Below are positions 50,479 to 60,953 of a stretch of 64,000 nt of DNA, in pieces. Position numbers and translations under genes: made by a program. The notes beneath the pieces were generated by a model. It was not told the origin of the DNA, searched no databases, and saw only the letters and a program-made list of their open reading frames with translations. Where the stretch lies: positions 96,001-160,000 of the IMG/VR virus record IMGVR_UViG_3300035698_004085, one strand, 5' to 3'. The DNA comes from a virus. Numbering within the stretch: the first letter of the stretch is position 1; each line of letters begins with the position of its first letter.

Positions 50479-50580
50479 ACTTTAGCATTTCTTTTTTTGC
50501 ATGTCAAGGTTTTCTTCAACTTTTTATAAATAAAAATTTTCGGTTTTTCTGTTGACAATGCTTGTAGGAAATGCTAAGCT
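50479..50580. promoter_or_regulatory. Divergent sigma70-type promoter pair
   Basis: Minus strand TTGACA-N17-TAAAGT (50507-50479); plus strand TTGACA-N17-TAAGCT (50552-50580). Confidence 0.75.
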
Positions 50581-50609
50581 CTCTCCTAAGAAACTTTAGA
50601 AAGGAATTT

Positions 50610-51095
50610 ATGAGACAGCATAAGCATAGTAAAAACGTTTGTTGTAGTTATTGCGGTGACTTAATTATCGTTCATCAAGGACGTAGAAGAATTCTAAATA
50701 CAATTTGTGATAATTGTTTAGACCAAATGCCTAGCTCTAACAAAGGACCAGCAGTAGCCATTACAGCATCACCTCAACTAGAAACTTCTGAAGCCGATTG
50801 CGTGGATAGTCTATTGTCTATAATTGATAAAGACTTTAAGGAAGACTTTGAGTATACAGCTCCAGACAAAGCTTTTGAGATCAAGGAGACAAGAATAAGG
50901 ATAAGTACTGTTTTAAAAACTCTTTCAAAAAAAGAACAATTAGTTATTGACTTACACTTTGAAATGGGCTATACTCTCGAAGAAGTTGGACAGGCTCTAA
51001 GCATAAGTATTAGATCTGTAAAGAAAACTGAGATAAGCTATTTGAAGAAACTAAGAAATTTTGCTACATCAGAATATCTTAGAACTTTGTACTAA
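50610..51095 (+). CDS. Zn finger plus sigma-70 region-4-like HTH protein
   Basis: CSYCG..CDNC; LSKKEQLVIDLHFEMGYTLEEVGQALSIS..SVKKTE..LKKLR. Confidence 0.75.
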   Translation: MRQHKHSKNVCCSYCGDLIIVHQGRRRILNTICDNCLDQMPSSNKGPAVAITASPQLETSEADCVDSLLSIIDKDFKEDFEYTAPDKAFEIKETRIRISTVLKTLSKKEQLVIDLHFEMGYTLEEVGQALSISIRSVKKTEISYLKKLRNFATSEYLRTLY

Positions 51096-51114
51096 GTCAA
51101 CAAGGAGAAAAGAA

Positions 51115-51756
51115 ATGCCAACCGGATACACGTATGCATTGTTAGAAGCACCAGATATGCCCTTTAAAGACTTTGCCTGGACTTGCGCCAGAGCTTTTGG
51201 AGCTTTCATTGAGCAAAAGGATGATGCGATGAAGTCTCCACCTAACCTTGAAGAGACAGCTTCTTCGTATCATTCTGAGAGCGCCAAAAGATCTCGTAAA
51301 GAGCTTGATAGGCTTAAAAAGCTGAATGTTCAAAAAAGGCTTTGTTGGGCTGAAAACCAACTTCGTGAAGCGTTAGACTTAGGGTATGAAAGTCTGGTTA
51401 ATGATCTTCTACAAAACAGAACGATTAACTGCATGCTAAAAAAGGTAGATGCTTGGGTGCCGCCAACGGATGACCACATTAACCTGAAAGCATTTATGCA
51501 GGAACAACTTAAAATGAGCATAAGCGCTACTGACACTATCGAATGGAGGTTGACTAAGATAGAAAAGCTTAGGAATACTACACCTAAACAAAGAATAGAA
51601 CAAGAGTTTAAAAGACTGGAAACCGATATTGAGTACTCGGAAACTAACTATGTTAAAGAAGTAGGCTCAACTGATAATAGTAATGACTGGAAAAAGAAAC
51701 TTATTGATAGTATAGGGCTACCAACCGTTAAGAAAGAGGAGAAAGAAGAATGTTAG
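51115..51756 (+). CDS. Phage hypothetical protein (MPTGYT type)
   Basis: AAGGAG RBS; MPTGYT..CARAFGA..W.PPT..H..LK.FM..QL. Confidence 0.65.
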   Translation: MPTGYTYALLEAPDMPFKDFAWTCARAFGAFIEQKDDAMKSPPNLEETASSYHSESAKRSRKELDRLKKLNVQKRLCWAENQLREALDLGYESLVNDLLQNRTINCMLKKVDAWVPPTDDHINLKAFMQEQLKMSISATDTIEWRLTKIEKLRNTTPKQRIEQEFKRLETDIEYSETNYVKEVGSTDNSNDWKKKLIDSIGLPTVKKEEKEEC

Positions 51757-54181
51757 CTAACAAAGAATTTGAAAAAGTAAATACCAAAACTATTTTCGTT
51801 ACAGTAGACGGACATCCTATCTTAGCTGCAGAAGGAAACATTGAAATTGAGTATGAATCTCTACTAGTCAAAGCCTCTAATATTAGACCTAATGAATTCT
51901 GGAGACGAAAGCAGGGAAAGTTTGTTTATAAAGCAGTCATCTATGAAGACAATAAGCACAAGCTCTACGGAGTATCCTATAATGGTAAGATGTCTTCAGA
52001 ATCCATTAAGCATTTGGTAGAGCGGTGTACTCTACAGGACTTTGTAGATTTTTGTCAATCAGAAATGCAAAAAGATCTAGAAAAAGAGGAGAAAGAAGAA
52101 TGTTAACGAACGAAGAATTTATTGATCTAGTCTCTGACCTAAATGATAGGCTATCTTCTGAGGTATTCGACGTAGAGATGTTCTACCCCACATTTTGTTA
52201 TGTTACAGAAGGATATTCAAAAGTCATTCAGTTTGACGATACGACTGTTTATCATTCGTGCCATGACAATATTATTTATGATGACGAACCTGAGTATAAA
52301 GAAGCTGGAGACTATAAAACACAAATTATTAATATTTGTAAACAGAACTTGAAACAATACTTGAAAGCTCTTATGTGGTTTATCAATACTGATCACAAGA
52401 AAGAGAGTCATAATGAATAAGCTTACCTCGATTTGTAGCAACTCGAAATGTAAAGCTGAGTTTTATAAGTTCTCACGAACAAGCGGACTTTGTTCAGAAT
52501 GTCTTCAACTAGTAAAGCAACAACGCGCTACTGACTACATTAAGCAAGCCGCTACGATGCCACTACCTGATCGCGTAACTAAACTAGAAGAGCTTATCCA
52601 AGTATTAGTGACTGGAAAGTTTTAAAAGGGACTAAGCTCTCATTTTCTATCGATCCTGTGTTGAAGTCTAAAAATACCTTCATCAATTTTTTGAGCCACG
52701 TAGTTGAAGACAGAAGGAATCCCTACTTGTTTCTCATACGCTTCATCAATAATAGACCTAACCTCTTCTCCAAGGTCTTCAGCTCGCTTTAAAAATCCTT
52801 CCATAATTTCTTTATCGCTCATATCATCCTTTAGGCATTACTGGAATAGCTGCTTTATGAGTTGCTACAGGCTTTTCTTTAGGTTTCTCTCCAGGTTTTA
52901 ATTTTGGTTTAGGAACAGGAGTAGGGAGCCATAGCCCCTCAAGTCTCTTTAAATACCTTCCAGCCCAGACTTCCATTATAGAAGGTCGCTGGTCATGAGT
53001 ACACCAGAACCAGTACCACTCAGCGGGGTAGCCCTTCTCAGGAGCAATAGGCGGTGCCTCTGTCCATTCTTCTTCAGTCATAAGCTTAACATACTCTTTT
53101 CTTCAAAAAGTTCTTGACACGCTATCTCTAAAAAGCTAAGATGAGCTAATAAGGCAACAACAAGAAAAGGAGCCTACAATGAAAACGAACAGAACTATTA
53201 ATAAAAAAGACTTCAGAAGTTTTTATTTCTTTGAGAAGTCTCTTAGCTTAATGGAAAGCCAGGAAGACTACGATCCTAGCGACCTCGAAGATCTAGTAGG
53301 CTGTGACGCCTACCCGTCAGACGCTTTCAACCTCTCTAACTCTCACAAAGTTGACTAAGAGAAGGAGCTATTATGCGTACCCTAGAAGCCAAATACGTCA
53401 TTAAGAAAAAGAACAAAGCCGTTAACATCTTCTCTCCCAGCGAAGAACACTGTACAAAAGCAGAACCAGAAGAAGTATACTCAGCAGGCTTTGTCAAAAT
53501 AGTAGACGGAAAGGTTGAATGCTCAGGAGGAAGCACTTCACTAGGCGGCATTATGTCTAAGCCAGAAACAGACGAGTTTCTTATCTCTAAGCTCTTAGGA
53601 CTCCTCTAGTCTTCATCCAGTATCTCCTCTTGAACATTACCACATAGAGGACATCGAACTTCAAGCCTCTCTTCTGAGTAGATGTTCTCTACATTAAACT
53701 TTGGGTCAATACTAAATACGTATTCGTGGGAGCACTGTGTACAATTAATCTTTTTCATTTTCTTTCTTTTTGTTAAAGGGCGTGTTGCCCAAGTTAATAA
53801 ACCGCACTATAACATGTGAAAAACTTATAGTCAACATAAATATACTCTTTTTACAAAACTAAAGAGCACAGTATATTAAAGGTAAGACACAGGAGATCAC
53901 AAAATGACAATAAGCAAAGATACATTCCCAACAGATATTTATGACTTACCAGATTTTATAAAAGGAAAACTAGTAGCATATAAGTGTCTCTATCTGAAAG
54001 ACATGTCAGTAGTTAAAAGAGAAGTAGACCATAGACTTAACTGGATGCTAAGCCAAGCAGTGAAGTCAGGACTCTTAAAGGAGATACCTGAAGTGTACTT
54101 AATCGAGTACAAAGACTCTTTCAACAATAACTGTTTGATGGTAGACATTGATCACTACATCTTTAGTGAGTCTATTCTTCT

Positions 54182-54445
54182 TTAACGCTCTAGGATCTTG
54201 AACAGCTCAATGTCAACAAAGCCTGCATGAGTAAGAGCATGGCAGATCTTACACAATAAGACACACTTATCCAGTTCTTTTACTAAAGTCTCGTCCCAAA
54301 CATTGTAGTCACTTATATTAAATTCTTTTTCAAATGGATTTATATGGTGAAAGTCTAGTGCGCCTGGATATTTACTGTAATCGCACAGTAAGCAAGAGCC
54401 TCCCTTATACTCCATTGCTTTCTTTTTAAGAACTTTCTTATCCAT
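54182..54445 (-). CDS. HNH-like endonuclease
   Basis: YKGGSC..C.Y...ALDFHH..ELDKC.LLC..CH. Confidence 0.8.
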   Translation of the reverse strand: MDKKVLKKKAMEYKGGSCLLCDYSKYPGALDFHHINPFEKEFNISDYNVWDETLVKELDKCVLLCKICHALTHAGFVDIELFKILER

Positions 54446-54518
54446 ATTTTATATTTTACAGCGATTTTTGTCGTCTTATTAAGGCTATAAACATAAATCT
54501 ATAGTCTTTTTGCTGTCA

Positions 54519-54551
54519 CTTTAAAAGAACCAAACAAAAACCCAGTATAAT
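54519..54551 (+). promoter_or_regulatory. Putative phage late promoter
   Basis: CTTTAA-N21-TATAAT. Confidence 0.65.
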
Positions 54552-54598
54552 ATAATAAAATTTTTAAAGAATCTCTAACTAGCTAGGAGAAAGAAAAC

Positions 54599-56248
54599 AT
54601 GAATCTTTATTTACGAAACTTAGGAACAAGTAATATTAGCCTTGTTGGAGATAATGGTATTCCAAACGTCTCCATCCCTGCTACTGCAGGAGCTAATTAT
54701 ACTACGGTAGCAATCACTCAAGCCTTGGGTAACACCCTCTTTTGTGATTCCGTCGCAGCAATGATTACTGACGGTGATATTTCTGCAAACTTTGACGACT
54801 CTGACGGAAAGTCCCTTACTGCTGCAAACGTAGAGTCTTTTAAAGAGGGTAACCCCTTTGACTTAGATTCTGACAATATTCCAGATCAAGCAGAGAATAT
54901 CAACCTAATTAGCAAGACTGAAATTGATAACACCGATTCACCCTATACCGTTCTGGCAACGGATACTCTAATTGGTTGTGATGTATCAGCCGCTCTTCTA
55001 GCCATTACGCTTCCCATTGGAGTTAACGGAACTGTTTATGAATTTAAAGATGCTGAAGGTAGTGCTAATGCCAATAACATTACTATTACTCCCAATGGTG
55101 CTGAGACGATTGAAGGCGCAGCTACTTACGTAATTAACACTGATTTCAGTGGCGTAAGAATGTATTACAACTTGGCTGATACCGATTGGAAACTAATGAG
55201 TTCTCCTGGCGCTTCGGCTGCAGCTGTTGCTCTAAATACTACTCACCGAACTTCTGATGGTTCTGACCATACATTCCTTGACCAAGCGGTTACTATTGCT
55301 GGTACTCCTACTTTCGCATCATTAACTACTAACGGTGTTGGTGGAAACGTTGCCCTTACTCCTGCTGCTCAAGCTGCTAGCGCGGGTACTGGTGGTGCTA
55401 CTATCGTAGCTACTGGTGGTGCTGGTTCTGCTGCTGGTGGTGCGGTTGCTGGTGCGGCTGGCGGAGCTGCCTCGTTAACTTCTGGCGTTGGTGGAGCTTC
55501 TGACGGTACCGATGTTGCCGGTCTTGGTGGAGCTAATACGGTAGTTGCTGGTGCTGGTGGTGTTGCTCATACTGCCGTTGTCGGTGGCGTCGGTGGTGCT
55601 CAGTCTGTTGCAGCTGGCGATGGTGGAGCTGGTGTAGCAGCCGCAGTTGGTGGAGCTGGTGGTGACCTTTCGGTTAACGCTGGTGCGGGTGGTGTAACTG
55701 GTGGTGCTGGTGCTGGCGCTAACGGTGCTATCGCTATCGGTGACGTAGCTGCTACAGCTATTACGCTAGGTAATGCAACTGATAATACTACTCTTGAAGT
55801 TCTCGGTACTGGAGACATCGACTTAGATGGTGGTGGAGACATTCTTAACTCTCGGTTAGTACAAGCTGTCGTAACCGCAACTGGTGGAGCCGCTGCTGCA
55901 ACTGCAGGAACTCTTGATATTCAGGTTAATGACCTTGCAGGAAATGCAATTACTAGAGCCGTTTATGTTCGAGTTGACTCAAGCCTAACTCAATACGGTG
56001 GTAATCTTGTCGCAACTGGTACGGCATTCTTAGGCGCAGCTTCTGTTGGAACTACCACAATCGGAACTGGTGCAATTGCTGGACTCATCCTAACTGATGC
56101 TACCGGACACTACGTTGCTGTTACCTCCAATGCGGCTGATGAGACTGCATGGTTTAGTGCTACAACTGCTCCAGGCGGACACGTTGATGCAGCTGCTGGT
56201 TGTGTTGTTGTTGATTGTGTTCCCAATGATGCTACCTGGGCTGCATAA
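54599..56248 (+). CDS. Virion fibre/decoration protein with a Gly/Ala-rich region
   Basis: N-terminal ~220 aa shared with 56410; ITLP..VYEFKD..ITITP..ETIEG module; GGAG-rich tract. Confidence 0.7.
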   Translation: MNLYLRNLGTSNISLVGDNGIPNVSIPATAGANYTTVAITQALGNTLFCDSVAAMITDGDISANFDDSDGKSLTAANVESFKEGNPFDLDSDNIPDQAENINLISKTEIDNTDSPYTVLATDTLIGCDVSAALLAITLPIGVNGTVYEFKDAEGSANANNITITPNGAETIEGAATYVINTDFSGVRMYYNLADTDWKLMSSPGASAAAVALNTTHRTSDGSDHTFLDQAVTIAGTPTFASLTTNGVGGNVALTPAAQAASAGTGGATIVATGGAGSAAGGAVAGAAGGAASLTSGVGGASDGTDVAGLGGANTVVAGAGGVAHTAVVGGVGGAQSVAAGDGGAGVAAAVGGAGGDLSVNAGAGGVTGGAGAGANGAIAIGDVAATAITLGNATDNTTLEVLGTGDIDLDGGGDILNSRLVQAVVTATGGAAAATAGTLDIQVNDLAGNAITRAVYVRVDSSLTQYGGNLVATGTAFLGAASVGTTTIGTGAIAGLILTDATGHYVAVTSNAADETAWFSATTAPGGHVDAAAGCVVVDCVPNDATWAA

Positions 56249-56332
56249 TACCTTTCCTTTTCTCCCTCAATAACAGATAAGTCCTCACCCTTTATTACTA
56301 GCTAATAAATTATCCATTTATTCTCTGGCATA

Positions 56333-56365
56333 CTTTAAAGACTACAACTCAGAGTGAGCTATAAT
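56333..56365 (+). promoter_or_regulatory. Putative phage late promoter
   Basis: CTTTAA-N21-TATAAT. Confidence 0.65.
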
Positions 56366-56409
56366 AACCTAAAGTTGTAAAATCCTTTTTGTATAAGGAG
56401 AAAGAAAAA

Positions 56410-57411
56410 ATGAATCTTTATTTACTAAATTTAGGATCTACCAATATTAGTTTATCGGGGGATAATGGGCTTCCTAAAGTATTTATACCGTTAATAGCAG
56501 CACAGAATTACGTAACGCTTGACATTTATAAGGTAATTGGTAATGAGCTATTATGCGATAGTATCTCGTCATTAGTATCTTCTTCTATTCTTCAAGCAAG
56601 AATGCTAAACTCGACTGGTAAAATTCTAACTGCTTCTGAAGTTCTATCTTTTAAAGCAGGAAATCCGTTTGACTTAGACTCTAACGGAATTGTAGATGAT
56701 GCTGAAAATCTTAATCTTGTTGCCAAGACGGAAATTGATGATTCCGATTCTCCATATACTGTTTTAGCTACCGATAGCCTAATAGCATGTGACGTATCCA
56801 GCGCTATAATTGCTATTACTCTTCCTGCTGGCATAAACGGACAAGTATATGAGTTCAAGGACTCAGATGGTAGCGCAGCTACCAATAACGTTACAATTAC
56901 ACCAGATGGTACGGAAACTATTGAAGGAGCGGCTACATACGTTGTAAGTACAGACTTTGGTGGTATCCAAATGTACTTTGACTCCTTAACCTCTGACTGG
57001 AAACTCCTTTCAGCATCTGGTGCTTCTCCTGCTGAGATAGCTCTTAATAGCGCTCACAGGTTAGGTAACGGTGAAGATCATGCTACCGTACTTGCCTATA
57101 AAGAAGGAATGCTTCCTGCTTATGCTACAGCGGATCATACAGTAGCTTACGTTCCTTTAGATGCTGACTATGTTATCGGAGCAACTAGTGCTGGCGGAGC
57201 AGTAGCTATTAACCTTGGAGCATTATCAGGTTACACTAACAACAGTGCTATAATAATAAAAGACGAAGGTGGAAATGCTGGAGTTGCTTCAATCACAGTT
57301 ACGCCTGACGGTGCCGAATTAATTGATGGAGTTAACGCTGCTGTAATCATAAACGTATCGTATGCAGTATTAAGGCTCTATAAACGAGCTGGTGGCTGGT
57401 TTACGTGGTAA
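56410..57411 (+). CDS. Virion fibre/decoration protein, paralog of 54599
   Basis: MNLYLLNLGSTNISL..; two copies of the KD..G.A..IT.TPDG.E.I.G module. Confidence 0.7.
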   Translation: MNLYLLNLGSTNISLSGDNGLPKVFIPLIAAQNYVTLDIYKVIGNELLCDSISSLVSSSILQARMLNSTGKILTASEVLSFKAGNPFDLDSNGIVDDAENLNLVAKTEIDDSDSPYTVLATDSLIACDVSSAIIAITLPAGINGQVYEFKDSDGSAATNNVTITPDGTETIEGAATYVVSTDFGGIQMYFDSLTSDWKLLSASGASPAEIALNSAHRLGNGEDHATVLAYKEGMLPAYATADHTVAYVPLDADYVIGATSAGGAVAINLGALSGYTNNSAIIIKDEGGNAGVASITVTPDGAELIDGVNAAVIINVSYAVLRLYKRAGGWFTW

Positions 57412-57455
57412 ATTAGGTTTAGTCGAAAGACTATCAAGAAATGTAAGGAATTATT

Positions 57456-60269
57456 ATGCCAGAAAAACCATCATTATTTAGATACTTTGAAGGATCAGAT
57501 GGAAAGCCTCGCTATAAAGATGTATTAGGTGAAGACTTTAATCTTACTACTCCTGTTACAGAAACACTAACTGTAGACGGGTCAAGAATAGATACTTATA
57601 CTGAAGACGGGTCTAAAGATAGACCGTTTAAAACTATTGCGGCTGCTATTGCAATTGCTACAGCCGGAGCGAGTGCTGTGCTTCCTTATGTAATACATAT
57701 ATCTCCAGGTATCTATACTGTAGCTCCTTTTACTGTACCTTCATATTGCAAAATGGAAGGAGAAGGTTGGGGAGCTACCAGTTTACGTTCTTTAGATTTA
57801 ACCGAACACTTTATTACGCTTGAAGATGCTACTGTTTTCCGTGGAGTAAATATTTGGGGGCCTACAACGATTGGAAAAGCTGGCGTTCATCACGTTGGCG
57901 GTTCAACTGCTATTTCTGCTATAGTAGAAGTTACTATTTCAAGAGGTTATTATGGAGTACTCTCCGATCCTTCTTCTGTTGCTCCATTATTAGTTCAAAA
58001 TCTTACAGCCTCTTACGCAGGATTTAACTTAGAAAGGCTTTTTGGTGCTCTTGACCATGCAAGCGTAACTGTTAGTGGTTTAATCTCTTCAGGACCTCCG
58101 GGTACTATTGCTACAGCAGCTTATATTGTAGGTTCTAACGTAACAGTAACTATTGTTAACATCTATCATCTATGCGGAACCGGAGACGGAGTATTTCTTG
58201 ATGATAGCGCTCGTTGTTCTATAATGAGCGGAGAATTTTATTATGGCACAAATGCTATACTCGTTGGTAGTAACGGCGCTCCTCAACTAAGAGTCGAATG
58301 TACTCTTATTCACCGTGATTATCCAGGAGGAGGCGCTAGCTATACATACGATTTAAACATTGGAACAGCTTTAGCTGTGACATTCTTCTCTGGCTCTGCA
58401 AATGAAGAAAGAATTAATGACACGTTTACCTCAGATCTTCATGCTATCTTTTTAAATCGCGATGCTGGCTCAGAGGGAGCAACTGTTTTAGGAGAATTTC
58501 ACGTTGGAGACGAAGCTGGGAGTACATTCCCTATGCTGTCTTATGCACAAGATGCTTTTTGGACAGGTATCGTTTCTGGCGGAGAAGTAACAAAAAATGC
58601 TGGTTTAATTTTAGATGTTGCAGCAGGTACCGGATTTGTAAACGATGGAAGTAACCCAATTGCCGTTTCTTGGAGTTCCGGTTCTATTACATTAAGTGCG
58701 AATAAAGCATCTGAATATGTATATGTTAGTCGCGCTGGCGTAATCTCTCACAGTGAGACTCACCCATCACACTCTGATACTATAGTTTTAGCTACAGGTT
58801 CTACAAACGGTACAGACGTAACGCTGCTTACGCTACACGATATAGAACTCCAACATCGTCTTTCCACCATGGCAGAGTTCTTTGAACGAGCTGTAGGACC
58901 TATTATGGAATCTGGGTGCTTGGCAACCTTGAGTGGAACCGCTTTGAAACTTGATCTAGCTGCAGGAACGTTCTGGGTTGGTTTATCCGAGAGAACTGTA
59001 GCAGGTGCATCAGATATAACGTTTACCTACTGGTATCGTTCAGGAGGTAGCTGGGTAGCTGTACCCGCACAAACGGTTATAGATGATGAGCAATGGGATA
59101 GCGGAGCGGGACTAGCAGCGATAACTGGCGGTAAATATAAAAATGACGTTCTGTATATAGCAACCAACGAAGATGGTGACGAATACCACGTTGTTTATGG
59201 ACAAGAAGAATTTGCAGATCAAGCCTCAGCCGAAGCTGGCGGACTTCCAACAACACCTGATGTTCTTAAAGAAATGTGCTGTAGAAGTACTTCTGTTGTA
59301 ACCTTAAAAGCTGCTGGAGTTGTTGCCAGTCTTGTTGATGTTCGCCCACAAATGGGTCAGTCTGCTACCGTATCAAGCGGAGTAGCAGGTGACCACGATC
59401 TCTTAACTAACTTAGGTAATGATACCCACCTTCAATATTTAACTACTGGGAGAGCGCTTACTTGGCACAATACCTTATCAGGTGCTCACGTTACTAACGG
59501 AGATACGCACGATCATAATGGCGGAGACGGTGGTCAAATAAATCATACAACACTTTCTAATATAGGTACTAGAACTCATACTCAGTTAGAGAGTGATATT
59601 CTTCTTAAGCTAGATGCTGCTCAAAAAGCTTCAGCAAGTGGAGTAGCCTCATTAAACGCTAGTTCTTTAGTTGTACAAGATCCTGCTAATGCTACAGCGA
59701 CTCCTTCGGCAAGTAAAATACCAATAGCTGACGCTTCAGCAAACTTAGACGGCTGGGTTAGTAGTGGAGCAATAGCAGCTACTCCTTCCCTTAGAGCCTT
59801 AGGGACAACGGCTACAGAAGCTTGCGCGGGTGATGATTCACGCTTAAGTGACTCCAGGACTCCCACAGCGCACGCTACAACGCACTTAGCTGACGGGTCT
59901 GACCCGATAGTCCCATTATCATTTGCATCCAGTACAGCAGTTTCTACTAATGCTACGACTACTCCGGTTACGAAAGTCACCTTAGCTTTAGGAGTAGTTA
60001 CAGCAGGTACATATCGCATAGGCTTCTCTTGCGAAATGAAGAACGGCGATGATAAAAAGTTTATGATTGGACAAGTACTTCTAGATGGGGTTACTCCGAT
60101 TGCTGAATGGAATGTGGAGCCGAAGGATAAGCTCTCATGGTATCCACTCTCAGGTTTCAGTTTCCCGGCTCTTACTGGAGCAGCGCATACACTAACTCTT
60201 CAATTTTGGGCTAGCGGAAACACTACTAGTATCAGAAACGCACATTTAGAATGTGAGCAAGTAGCCTAA
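57456..60269 (+). CDS. Tailspike/tail-fibre-like protein (beta-helix, His-rich shaft)
   Basis: DGSKDRPFKTIAAAI..I..G.Y; HDH..GDGGQINH; RLSDSRTPTAHATTH..GSDP. Confidence 0.7.
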   Translation: MPEKPSLFRYFEGSDGKPRYKDVLGEDFNLTTPVTETLTVDGSRIDTYTEDGSKDRPFKTIAAAIAIATAGASAVLPYVIHISPGIYTVAPFTVPSYCKMEGEGWGATSLRSLDLTEHFITLEDATVFRGVNIWGPTTIGKAGVHHVGGSTAISAIVEVTISRGYYGVLSDPSSVAPLLVQNLTASYAGFNLERLFGALDHASVTVSGLISSGPPGTIATAAYIVGSNVTVTIVNIYHLCGTGDGVFLDDSARCSIMSGEFYYGTNAILVGSNGAPQLRVECTLIHRDYPGGGASYTYDLNIGTALAVTFFSGSANEERINDTFTSDLHAIFLNRDAGSEGATVLGEFHVGDEAGSTFPMLSYAQDAFWTGIVSGGEVTKNAGLILDVAAGTGFVNDGSNPIAVSWSSGSITLSANKASEYVYVSRAGVISHSETHPSHSDTIVLATGSTNGTDVTLLTLHDIELQHRLSTMAEFFERAVGPIMESGCLATLSGTALKLDLAAGTFWVGLSERTVAGASDITFTYWYRSGGSWVAVPAQTVIDDEQWDSGAGLAAITGGKYKNDVLYIATNEDGDEYHVVYGQEEFADQASAEAGGLPTTPDVLKEMCCRSTSVVTLKAAGVVASLVDVRPQMGQSATVSSGVAGDHDLLTNLGNDTHLQYLTTGRALTWHNTLSGAHVTNGDTHDHNGGDGGQINHTTLSNIGTRTHTQLESDILLKLDAAQKASASGVASLNASSLVVQDPANATATPSASKIPIADASANLDGWVSSGAIAATPSLRALGTTATEACAGDDSRLSDSRTPTAHATTHLADGSDPIVPLSFASSTAVSTNATTTPVTKVTLALGVVTAGTYRIGFSCEMKNGDDKKFMIGQVLLDGVTPIAEWNVEPKDKLSWYPLSGFSFPALTGAAHTLTLQFWASGNTTSIRNAHLECEQVA

Positions 60270-60321
60270 CTTTCCCTTGACTTTCCCCTAAATTTCCTGT
60301 ATATCACTAATCAGTTGTTAA

Positions 60322-60354
60322 CTCTAACTCCTAAAAACGCTTAAGGAGTATATT
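60322..60354 (+). promoter_or_regulatory. Putative phage late promoter
   Basis: CTCTAA-N21-TATATT. Confidence 0.45.
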
Positions 60355-60384
60355 CTAATATGGATGTTAGAGTCTGGAGCAAAA

Positions 60385-60615
60385 ATGTCTCGTAAAAAAA
60401 TAAACAAGAAATCTAAAAAACCTAGTTATAAGTCTCCTGAGCAATATCTTCTAAAGCAACTAGGATTTTCTGATACAGATTTAAAAATAATAGAAATGAA
60501 CTCAAAAGGAAAAGAACTAAAGGAGATAGCAGAAGAACTAGGAATGGGTCTTGTAGAAGTAACAGAAACCCTTCAAACTATGTTGGGTAAAGCTTACGGT
60601 AAGAACACGAGCTAA
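60385..60615 (+). CDS. LuxR/sigma-4-type HTH protein
   Basis: FSDTDLKIIEM..KG..LKEIAEELGM...V. Confidence 0.6.
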   Translation: MSRKKINKKSKKPSYKSPEQYLLKQLGFSDTDLKIIEMNSKGKELKEIAEELGMGLVEVTETLQTMLGKAYGKNTS

Positions 60616-60626
60616 GGAGAACATTA

Positions 60627-60917
60627 ATGGATAACATTACGCCAATTTATGACAGAATTCTAGTAGAGACAATTACTGAGACTAAATCCAAAGGAGGTAT
60701 CATACTAGTAGCTTCTCACGAAGAGAGCTTTGAGAAGGGTAAAGTAATCTCAGTAGGAAAAGGTAGAAAACTTCTGATGACTAAAGACCTTGCTCCTCTA
60801 CTTGTCAAGGAAGGTGACATCATTATTTATGACGGGGCTAAAGCTGCTGAGGTAACTATCGACGGTAAAAAGCTTGTAATCCTTGAAGAACACAACGTTA
60901 TGGCTATTCTCTCCTAA
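60627..60917 (+). CDS. groES: Co-chaperonin GroES
   Basis: PIYDRILVE, SKGGIIL, GKVISVGKG, VKEGD, EVTIDG. Confidence 0.9.
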   Translation: MDNITPIYDRILVETITETKSKGGIILVASHEESFEKGKVISVGKGRKLLMTKDLAPLLVKEGDIIIYDGAKAAEVTIDGKKLVILEEHNVMAILS

Positions 60918-60924
60918 ATTTTCC

Positions 60925-60953
60925 TTGACATTCCTCAAAATTTGCTGTAGACT
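60925..60953 (+). promoter_or_regulatory. Sigma70-type promoter
   Basis: TTGACA-N17-TAGACT. Confidence 0.7.
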
